Below, piece by piece: positions 1 through 11,300 of a DNA stretch of 64,000 bases. Below the pieces are notes generated by a model. The model saw only the letters and a list, made by a program, of their open reading frames with translations, searched no databases and was not told the origin of the DNA. Within the stretch, counting starts at the first letter, position 1. Each line of letters begins with the position of its first letter. This DNA is from Octopus sinensis (lineage: Eukaryota), in the NCBI RefSeq assembly GCF_006345805.1, contig NC_043000.1:152210001-152274000 (forward strand), written 5' to 3'. Position numbers and translations under genes: made by a program.

Positions 1-199
1 GGATTATGTTTTCAAGATATTTGTTCATAGACGTAGCACATGACTGGTATGAAGTATTTAGATTTAAGGCAGTGAATTGTCCAGTATCCTAATATGTCTT
101 GCAAACAACTTGCACATGCAAATGCACCAGTCAAAAACTCTGCATACCAGAAGCCAGCAAGTGTATGGGGTCATCAGGAGAGAATGCACACTGTTTTGG

Positions 200-534
200 G
201 GCCTACATCTTGATGGCATCAATGTGCACCGCCCCCCCCCCTCACTGATATGAGGCCCCGCTTGCTAGATCAGCTGATTATCAAATAAAGCTCAATATTT
301 TTCTAGCCATTGCTCATCGTCTCTTTTAAACCAAATCCAGTGGCTAGCCTTCTCCACTGTTGTTTGGATATCGGTCATGGTGGTATTGAATTTACGATGA
401 GTTAGGCCTAACAATAACAACAGTCGTCTCATACTGTGTCCTACAAACCCTCTACATCTGACTACAATTGGAAAATGTTCTGCTTTCCAGCCTGCGTCTT
501 CACATTCCTCGATTCTTTGAAAAGTAATGATCAA
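200..534 (-). mobile_element. 3' fragment of RLE-type non-LTR retrotransposon (Hero/R2-like)
   Basis: ORF 292-534: EC...GWKA...PIVVRCRGFVGHS.RR.L.LLG...EKAS.W.W.KR, resembling the C-terminal restriction-like endonuclease end of Hero-type elements (recognised from memory). Confidence 0.6.
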
Positions 535-1677
535 ATGACCAGGATGTTGGACTATTTACATAGAAGTATCAGTTTAAACTTAAAAAGTTTCATAAATCTA
601 CCTTAGCTTATGATATAACCTCACTCACTTGATAGCTAATGAAATGCCATCATACCAAATATAGAACTGAAGCTTACCTGCCTTAAACAATTCACCAGAT
701 TATACAATTGCACAATGCAAACTTAAATGAATGCTTAAAAGACATTTGAACTTATTTCTAAAAAGGAAACAATAGTGGTACTGTCATATTACTGGAAGTC
801 ATATCTTTTATTAGGCTTTTAGCAAAAACATTTGCTACTTTCATTTACATTTTCAGTTAATTAGAGTTTGCCTTTCAGAGTAAAAGTAGGTTGTTTGTTT
901 CTGTTGGAATATGAAGAGATTCCAGTTGAGAGATGTCACCCAGCTCAACTAAATTCAAGAGCAACATGTTGCAAAGAAAATTAGCTGGATTGGAGTTATG
1001 TAGGTGAAGATATGCATCTTAAGCTCAACCATGTATAAAAGAATATTATTAACAGACCATAAAATGCTCTGTTATCACATGAACCAGTCTCCCTCTGTAA
1101 TGATTAAAAAAAGCCCTGTGTGTCATTGCTGAACTCAGGAGAGCAGGAGACTAGCAGAGCCAAATGTAAATGAACTGGCAGAAGCGAACATAAAAATGCT
1201 GCATCTTTCCTTAAAAAAATCATGAATCTTTAATTGTGAGTATAGAAGTTTATAATTACCAATATCTATGGACATGACACATGAAGAGAATGTGAGAAAA
1301 AGTGCCATAAATAGAGAAATTAGAAATGGCTAAAGTGAATTAGTGTTTCATCTGCATGCTCATGGATTGTCAGTTCAAATTGTTTGGTTATGTTTTGGGG
1401 CAGAATTCTTTATTTTACATAACTTCAGTTCACCTGGATATTATGAATAGGTACCAGTGATATAGGAAGGTTATCTGTGATAAACTAACATCTCGTCCAG
1501 GGGGTGTGTTACCTCTTGTTTGCTTCATGCCATGAAACTGAAGCTAAACAGTAAAATACTCTTTTTTGCAGAAAATATCAGATTGTGCTTAAGTTTGAAA
1601 CTTTCATTTACTCTGTCCTGAAAAATACTCTAATTATAACAATTTCTAGTAATATGTGATTGTTCATTCTTTTCTAG

Positions 1678-1877
1678 CTTGTGGTGGAACTTACAGAGAA
1701 CCATCAGGAGTACTCCAGACACCATTCTATGGAGCAAGTGGAGACAATGATACAAATGAAATATGCATATATGTTATCTGGCAACAACCGTCAAAATTGA
1801 TTTCACTAATATTTGAAATATATTCTTATTATGATCAAAGTTTAAACGCTACTAATTGTACTTCAAACTATATTGAA
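1678..1877 (+). CDS. CUBN: Cubilin-like exon 1 of window (N-half of CUB a)
   Basis: tttctag|CT TGT GGT GGA ... ATT GAA|gtaagt; CGGTYREPSGVLQTP...CIYVIW...NCTSNYIE; phase 1 to 0. Confidence 0.9.
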
Positions 1878-4800
1878 GTAAGTATTTCTTTATTCTATAT
1901 CTGAAATTTTCAATTTGAAAATTCATAAGCAACAACTTTCCCTGCAGTTTGTTGATGTTGACTGCAGTATTGCAGCTTACTAGTTGACACCATTCAATTG
2001 TTATCAATTGCCTTTCGATTCCCAGACCGGGCGTTGTGAGTGTTTATTGAGCGAAAACACCTAAAGCTCCACGAGTCTCTGGCAGGGGATGGTGGTGATC
2101 CCTGCTGTACTCTTTCACCACAACTTTCTCTCACTCTTACTTCCTGTTTCTGTTGTACCTGTATTTCAAAGGGCCGGCCTTGTCACTCTCTGTGTCACGC
2201 TGAATATCCCCGAGAACTACGTTAAGGGTACACATGTCTGTGGAGTGCTCAGCCACTTACACGTTAATTTCTCGAGCAGGCTGTTCCGTTGATTCGGATC
2301 AACCGGAACCCTCGTCGTCGTAACCGACGGAGTGCTTCCAGCCAGTTATCAATTGCCATGGAAGATTTTCTTCTTTGACATCACTTCATTCTGTATTTTA
2401 GCTGTAGGTATTTTTGACTTGTGTATTTCCCATTCTCATCTGAATTATTGTAGTCAATTTATTTTTCTGCATTACCCAAACCCAGTGTTTCTGGTACTCA
2501 ACTTCTTCTTCAGCTCATTTACTTTCTATATTTGTACTCATTTGCTTCATTCACTGACTCATGATATTTCACTTTAACTTTTCAAATCCATGGGTTGGAC
2601 GGTTTGACTGAGGACTGGCGAGCCAGAAGGCTGCACCAGGCTCCAATCTGATCTGGCAAAAAAAAAAAAAATAAAAGCAAAGCTAACCCTAGTAGGATTT
2701 GAACCCAGAACCAAAGAAAATGGAGTTCAATATCAAACAAGCACTTAGTCTAGTTTGGTGTGGTGTTTGGTAATCTACTAACTGCAAAGATTAATAAATG
2801 TTTCATTTTACAATAGTTTTGGAAGTTCTAAAATGCTTAAGTTAAAGAACATTTCTATAGTACCCAAAGATTTGACTGGTGCGTTGCAGATGTCACAGGT
2901 TTATTTGTAAACCAGGCAAGTTGGAATTCTTTCAGAGAACCTATGAGGGTGTAAACAGGGACAATAATTATAGAATATACAAGGTAATATATGTAAAGTA
3001 TACTAGCCATCTCAATATGGCTAACCACTAAGGGTGGGTGTTACTGTAGCTTTTAGCCCCAGGAGATCATCGTCTCCAGCTGGCTTTAGGCACACTTTCT
3101 GCGCCCTTATGGTATTTGCAAAGGGAGGTCATCCCTCTCTTGTAAACCTAAGTGATACGCACGGACTGCAGTTTCGAGGTAATTTGCCTCTTGTCAACAT
3201 ACGGTAATCACCGGATTTCAATAAAGAGAGACCTGTTTGCAATTATCTATTTAATGTTTTTCCCAGTAACTACTGTCACTGATTTCGAAAAACTGTCTGA
3301 AAGCAATAATAAATCTCTATGCGAGATGTAAACAGTAACCGCTCGACAACGTAAAGTATACTAGCCATCTCAATATGGCTAACCACTAAGGGTGGGTGTT
3401 ACTGTAGCTTGTAAAAGGTAGAGTGCTAACTGAATGCCTATTCTGTTGGACTATTCTGTTCTTCTACATTCTGATTTCAAGTACTACTGAAACAAATTTT
3501 ATGTTTCATCCCTATAGGTTGATAAAAGAAGAACTAGTCATGTGTTGGTTCAGTTTAATTGATCATGTTCTCCTTTATTGATTTGTGGCTTTATTCTAAT
3601 ATAAGAAATCGGAACATGTATCTGAAAAGACATTATTTTTAACTATCAAATTCCTTTATAGCATTCATGTACAGTATTCATGAATTATACCTTATTCTAC
3701 AGACATTAACTTTTATACTGCAAACTAAGATGGAATCATTTATGTGGTTAGAACATTTGCTAGAAATAACAACAAAATCACCCTCAAATTACATCCCACC
3801 ATTTTAAAATGGAAGGAAAATACTTTAGATAATGTTGCTAGATATACTATGCCAACAAAAAAACCCCAAATAAACAAAACATAGTCATGCTTGGAGTGTT
3901 TTTGGTCACGTTTGCTCAATCAGGGACGACTTAAGGCTAAACAGCAACAAGTAAAATACTTCTAGTTTCATTCATTGGCTTTAGGAAGGGCATCCAGCTG
4001 TAGAAACCATGCCAAATTAGACTGGAACCTAGTGCAGCTCTACAGCTTACCAGTTTCAGTCAAACTGTTTAAGCCATGCCAGCATGGAAATTGGACGTTA
4101 AATGATGATGATTCTGTAATTATGCCAATTAGCTAACAAAAACTTTCTAGTATCTTCAGTTGAGCATCAGTACTTTTTATAGTATTTGGAAGCTGACATT
4201 GCTAGCTGTATCAATGTAACTTGATGCCTTTTGGTTGTCAACAAATAACTGTTATCTAAAATCCTACTACATCCCTGTTTGTTGGACTACCTTTATAATA
4301 AAAAAGTTGTTCTAATTGATTCTCTTTCTATTGTCAATAAACAAATTACATCTTTACTATATTCACCTTCTAAACTTGAAACAGACTTTACACCTCCCAG
4401 ACTCAGATACTAACCTCCGGAAATTAATTAGCTTCTGTAGAGAAAAGCTTTCACTGTGTATGTGTGTACATGTGCACTTTTCTTAGCTGTTCTGTAAATA
4501 TTTTAAAGTTCTAAATAGGAAAAAAAAAACAACCTCTAAGGATAAGGTCCAGGTAAATACCATATGGAACTTTAAATTCCTCATACTAAATACTTAACTA
4601 AAAAAAAAAAGAAAAAATACTGAAGAGTTTGTTTCAGAAAAGAGTGCATTTTTGAATTAATACTGAATTCTTTTAAGCATTTAAGTATGATCATCATCAT
4701 TTAGCGTCCGTTTTCCATGCTAGCATGATATCTATATAATTTAAAGCAGAGGAAAGTGGGAATATATAACATTCATCTTTTTCCAACCTCATCTAGAGTA

Positions 4801-7800
4801 GGTTGGCTTCAATCAAAAATTTAAACTGGATTGTAAATGCTGCCCATCAGAAGTTGTTTGATACTGTAGGTGAGCAAATATTTAAAGGAAAGTAAACTGT
4901 TTAATATTTTTTAATTAAATATTTCCAGATTCGACAAGGAACCTCCAAGACCTCTCCTCTACTAGGCAAATATTGTAATTATGTTAACCTCCCACCTGCA
5001 ATAACTGCACAAGGACAAATGAGAATTGAGTTCAAAGGTGGCTCAGGAAGTTTGGGTTTTAGAGCAAATTATACCACAAATGATGCAGGTTGGTAACTTT
5101 GAATCTTTCTTATTCTTAAAATTTTAATTTTTAAGGATTCTCTATTTCTTTTATTCTTTTACTCTTTTACTCTTTTCAGTCATTTGACTGCGGCCATGCT
5201 GGAGCACCGCCTTTAGTCGAGCAAATCGACCCCAGTACTTATTCTTTGTAAGCCCAGTACTTATTCTATCGGTCTCTTTTGCCGAACCGCTAAGTGACAG
5301 GGATGTAAACACACCAGCATCGGTTGTCAAGCAATGCTAGGGGGACAAACACACACACACAAACATATACACACACACTTATATATATATACATATATAC
5401 GACAGGCTTCTTTCAGTTTCCGTCTACCAAATCCACTCACAAGGCATTGGTTGGCCTGGGGCTATAGCAGAAGATACTTGCCCAAGATGCCATGCAGTGG
5501 GACTGAACCCGGAACCTTGTGGTTGGTTAGCAAGCTACTTACCACACAGCCACTCCTGCGCCTATGTGCAAATTTTATAGAAATATTAATACATACCCAA
5601 TGGAAATTATGTGCATACAAAATAGATGCAGTGGGATTACAAACAGATTAACAAAGAAGAAAAATGGTGCCTGTAGTAGATGCAATAACAGAACTCAAGA
5701 AATGAATTCAGCATCATCATCGTTTAGCCTGGAAGTCATTTTCTGTAAGCGAGTCAAGAACCTTCTATGATTCAATCTTGATCTCAGCAATGGTGTTAAA
5801 ATAACGACCTTTGAGCTGTATTTTCCTCTTTGGGAAGAGATGGAAGTTCGCAAGTGCTAAATCTGGTGAAAAGGGTGGGTGTGGAAGTGAGATTATGTTG
5901 TTTATGATAAGAAACTCACAAGGGAAGAGAGCTCAATGACAGGGTAGATTGTCATCATGAATGAACCAATTCTTTGAGCTCTACAGATCAGGTCACTTTT
6001 ACTGAATGTCCTCTCTTAAACACTTCAAAAACGTCACAGGAAGACTCTCGACTGATGGTCTGGCCCTGGAAGATGAATTCTAGGAGTGGCTGTGTGGTAA
6101 GTAGCTTGCTAACCAACTACATGGTTCCGGGTTCAGTCCCACTGCGTGGCACCTTGGACAAGTGTCTTCTGCTATAGCTCCAGGCTGACCAATGCCTTGT
6201 GAGTGGATTTGGTAGACAGAAACTGAAAGAAGCCTGTTGTGTATATGTATGTATATATATATATATGTGTGTGTGTGTATGTGTTTGTGTGTCTGTGTTT
6301 GTCCCCCTAGCATTGCTTGACAACCGATGCTGGTGTGTTTACGTCTCCGTCACTTAGCGGTTCGGCAAAAGAGACCGATAGAATAAGTACTGGGCTTACA
6401 AAGAATAAGTCCCTGGGTCGATTTGCTCGACTAAAAGGTGGTGCTCCAGCATGGCCGCAGTCAAATGGCAGAAACAAGTAAAAGAGTAAAAGAGAGTACT
6501 ACATTTCTGGAGGTAACTCATCTTCCACTTCGCTCATCATCTTCTAGGGGTGTTCTTCCACTTTTGAAGCATCCATGCCACTTGAAACACTTGCCTCAAC
6601 ACCATAAGCTTACTAAAGCATGCTCAAGTGTCTCTGTAGCAGACTTCTCAAGTTTAACACAAAATTTCACATTGGCTCTTTATTCCTGTCCATGACAAAA
6701 TCACAGATTACAACGTACACGTGATCACAAAAACATAAATTTCACAACTTGCAAAGTAAACACAGCGCTATCATTTGGTAGGTCTCTACTAGTTCTTACT
6801 GTACACACGACCATGTGCTGCCATCTGTTGGCATGCTACAGAACTAGTCCGGGAACTTTTTGATACCACCTTGTATGTCTCATGAACTTGTTCCATTATT
6901 GGCATGTTTTCTATGAGTGGATGTTCTTCCTCTCATCAACCACTTTACAAAACGTACTTAATGCATTTTATTGTGGCACCAGTTCTTGAAAGATTGTGTC
7001 CTTGACAAGACTACAAAGTTATTGCTACCTTGTGTTGTCTTTTATTTTTGTTTTGTTCATTGATCACTTTGCAGAATACTGGATTCATTTTATAATAAAA
7101 AGTAAATGATGTGGCGCAGGAGTGGCTGTGTGGTAAGTAGCTTGCTTACCAACCACATGGTTCCGAGTTCAGTCCCACTGCGTGGCATCTTGGGCAAGTG
7201 TCTTCTGCTATAGCCCCGGGCCGACCAATGCCTTGTGAGTGGATTTGGTAGATGGAAACTGAAAGAAGCCCGTCGTATATATATATATATGTATATGTAT
7301 GTGTGTGTGTGTTTGAGTGTCTGTGTTTGTCCCTCTAGCATTGCTTGACAACCGATGCTGGTGTGTTTATGTCCCCGTCACTTAGCGGTTCGGCAAAAGA
7401 GACCGATAGAATAAATACTGGGCTTACAAAGAATAAGTCCCGGGGTCGATTTGCTCGATTAAAGGCGGTGCTCCAGCATGGCCGCAGTCAAGTAAAAGCT
7501 GAAACAAGTAAAAGCGTAAAAGAGATGTAATTGACTCTTTATATTGCATGAGTGCATAGCAGTTGACTCTTTTACTGGGAAAAGCATACACATCCACTCA
7601 AAATTTCATTACCTTTAAGCAGTTTTATATACCAGTCTATCTTTATTAAGGAATTTCATGTTTGAAACTATTTTCTGTTGAGATATGTCAAGTTTATAGA
7701 GGCAATGTGACTTCTAGAAAATTCCAGTTCTTCTGGAATATTCATGAAATTTAATTTTATAGTGAAAGGTTTAATATTTAAACTTGAAATTTTTCTATAG

Positions 7801-8269
7801 AAAGATATTAGACTTTAAGTTACAAAGAAATGCAATCCGTTAGAAAAATTCCTCAATAGTGTCTGCAAAATTATTCTGTATTATTGGATTTCTTTTTGAA
7901 GGTTGTGGTGGTGTTCTGACAGGACCATTGGGTACAGTTGCCAGTCCCCTGAAAGGTGATTCTTATCCAAACGGAATACGATGCATCTGGAATATTATTG
8001 TGGATCCCCAGCTGTTAATAACATTGGTTTTCACGCAATTTGCACTTGAAAGTCATTCAACATGTGACCACGACTATGTCAAAATCATTGATGGAAAGAA
8101 ACCCAGTAATGAACTAAAGTAAGAACTAAAAAGCATTACATGTGCATGCCTGCATGCTCTCTTTCTCTCTTTCTTGCTCTTTCTCTGGCTCTGTCTGTCT
8201 GTCTGTCTGTCTCTGTCAGTCTGTCAGTCTGTGTGTCTGTGTGTCTGTCTGTCTGTCTGTGTGTCTGTG

Positions 8270-8309
<40 letters not shown>

Positions 8310-11300
8310 ACTCACACACACACACACACACACACACTTATTTATATGGCTTTTACTTAAAGGGCATGAAATATATGTAGTTTATATCCTAGTGCTGAAA
8401 CTGTCTTAAATGTTTAGTTGCCAATGTCCCACTTCATATCACTGTTAAAAGCTGTAAGACTTTAACAGGATGAAAGGTCCCCGCACTGGATGGGTGCAGC
8501 TCGCATCCTTTACATTAAAAATATTAATCGAAAGAAAGAGTCAAAACTTCCGATTAACTTCAACAGCATAAATATTTATTTCTTGATTCACAATATATAC
8601 ATTCTTCTTTCTGGGCGAATCGGCAGCCTAGGAGCTTATCGCAGTAGTCAAGTGGAGTGAGCCAAATCCTGTCCGTTCAAGCATAGCGGAGAAACACCAC
8701 GATGTAGCAGCTTGAGAGAGCTGATAAAACACGACTGTCCTGTTCAACTGCCGGCGTTCGAGAGAGAGAGCGATATGAGGGAATTTCACTGCTGCTAGTT
8801 TTCTGCGCATGCGTATGAAGGAACTTCCGGCAGGCCTCCCGGATGCGTGCTAGAGATTTCCAAGATTGCATCACTACAAGACCATAGGAAGATTGAGTGT
8901 TTCATTAAACTTAAAGTGGAGGCGCAATGGCCCAGTGGTTAGGGCAGCGGACTCGCGGTTGTTGGATCGCGGTTTCGATTCCCAGACCGGGCATCGTGAG
9001 TGTTTATTGAGCGAAAACACCTAAAGCTCCACGAGGCTCCGGCAGGGGATGGTGGTGATCCCTGCTGTACTCTTTCACCACAACTTTCTCTCACTCTTAC
9101 TTCCTGTTTCTGTTGTACCTGTATTTCAAAGGGCCGGCCTTGTCACTCTCTGTGTCACGCTGAATATCCCGAGAACTACGTTAAGGGTACACGTGTCTGT
9201 GGAGTGCTCAGCCACTTACACGTTAATTTCACGAGCAGGCTGTTCCGTTGATCGGATCAACTGGAACCCTCATTGTCATAACCGACAGAGTGCTTCCATC
9301 CATGAAGGAATTTCACTGCTGCTAGTTTTCTGCGCATGCGTATGAAGGAACTTCTGGCAGGCCTCCCGGAAAATCCAACTCTGTGCATGCATGCTGGAGA
9401 TTTCCAAGATTGCATCACTACAAGACCATAGGAAGATTGAGTGTTTCATTAAACTTAAACTGCTGAGTTAATAAATTTGTATTGTTATTCTTAATCCCAA
9501 TTAACTAGCAAATTGTTAAAATTATTATAATTATCTCCTTACAGTCAGTTTCAGCACTAGGATATAAACCACATATATGGTGGTCAATTAGCAGACTTAA
9601 TTCTATATCAGACAAATACCTTGTAGAATTTGGTCTGGATCTTTGCATTTGAAGTTCAAATTATGCTGTGGTCAATTTTGTCTTTCACCTTTCTAGGGTC
9701 AATAAAATACCAGTCAAGTACTAGGGTTCATTTTTTTATCAATTTCCCTCGGCCCATTAAATTTCTGGCCTTGTGGTTACATTACAAATAATTATTATAA
9801 ACATAATGTCTTTACTGTAAAGGTACATGACTCAGTGGCTAGAGCATCGAGTTCATGATCATGAGGTAGTGAATTCAGTTCCCGGACCAAGCTGTGCGTT
9901 GTGCTTTTGAGCAAGACACTCTATTTCACGTTGCTCTAGTTCACTTAGCTATAGAAATGAGTTGCAACATCACTGGTGCCAAGCTGTACTGGCCTTTGCC
10001 TTTCTCTTGGATAACATTGGTAGCATGGAGAGGAAAGGCTGGGTGACTGCTGGCCTTTCATAAACAACCTTGCTTGGACTTGTGCCTTGGAGGGGAACTT
10101 TCTAGGTGAAATCCCCTGGTCATTCATCACCAAGGAGATCTTTACATTTTATCCATTTTTATGTCTTTACTAGATATGGTGGATGATTGGCAGAAGCACC
10201 TCAGCATTGAACAAACCATCAACATCATCATTTAATGTCCATGTTCCTTGCTGGCATAGGGTGGATGGTTTGATAGGATCTGATTGTTTGACAGTACTCT
10301 AATGTCTGCTTTGGCATGGTTTCTGTTGCTGGATGCCCTTCCTAATTCCACCGTCACTATCAAGGTCACCATGCAGCTCACAAGAGCTGAGGAGGTGGGG
10401 GTCTGGTTTTATGCCAGGGGATGGAGGGTTAAAGTATGAGAGAAGGGAGGATGGATAAAGCAGGTTCTTGTAGAAGAGTTGCATGGTTACTCACATTTAG
10501 TAGCGGAGCAAGGAGAGAGTATTCAGCAGTAGCTGCAAAGGGATAGGTACTGCACCCAAGGTATCCAGGTGGGCCCCTCAAAGCATGAATTGAGTAGAAG
10601 TGGGTAGATGGGTGAATTTACAAGAATGTAAAAGGATTTACAAGAATGTAAAAATGAATTTACAAGAATGTAAAAATGGATAATAAAGATTGGGTAAATT
10701 TAAGGGATGATGACTAATGTGTCATGAGTTGGGGAGGATGGAGGGATACAGAAGAAAATAGCTGGGGGGGGGGCACAGCAGGATAGTAACGGTACAATCG
10801 ACAGGATAGCAATGGGAGGATAAGAGAGAGAGAGAGAGATGACAAGGCAGGAACTATGGGAAGAGGTAGGTATATTGCATGATGAGAAGCAATTTGGTTC
10901 ATTGGGGGTAACGGGTGAATCAGTATAACATGTGGGTGGAGAGCACAAAGTACACAGCTCTTCCAGAACTCAGTGTCACTGAAGTGGACGGGTTTTCTCA
11001 AGAACCTCATATTGTTAGACATGCTTGTCCTTTGTCATCTTGATGAGACTCAACATCTTGAGATCATCCCTCACCACTTCATCATTTTCCTGGGTCTCTC
11101 CCTTCCACAACTTCTATCCACTTTAAACAGTTAGAATTTCTTTATACAGCTGTCCTCACTCATACACACCACATGACAAATCCTTTGCAGTCTTCTCTCT
11201 TGCATACTACATCTGATCCTTTTATACTTAATTTTTCTCTTAACTTATTTGCACTTTGTCATACGTCCACTGATGTTGCACATCTATCAGAGCATACTAA

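Noticed and set aside
2040-2292. Recurrent ORFs MFIERKH.../MVVIPAVLF...
   Set aside because: Chance translations of SINE-A
5334-5651. Recurrent ORFs MLGGQT.../MSSNARG.../MTTDAG... (many copies)
   Set aside because: Chance translations of SINE-B, with frame dependent on microsatellite length
8136-8409. Cys/Val/Ser-rich ORFs
   Set aside because: Translations of a compound microsatellite
8916-8990. tRNA gene
   Set aside because: A and B boxes are present but there is no complete cloverleaf, and the sequence continues into a multicopy SINE body; the same applies to the B, C and D heads
10616-10680. Three copies of a 20-22-bp unit (atttacaagaatgtaaaa)
   Set aside because: Ordinary short slippage repeat inside a decayed RTE UTR
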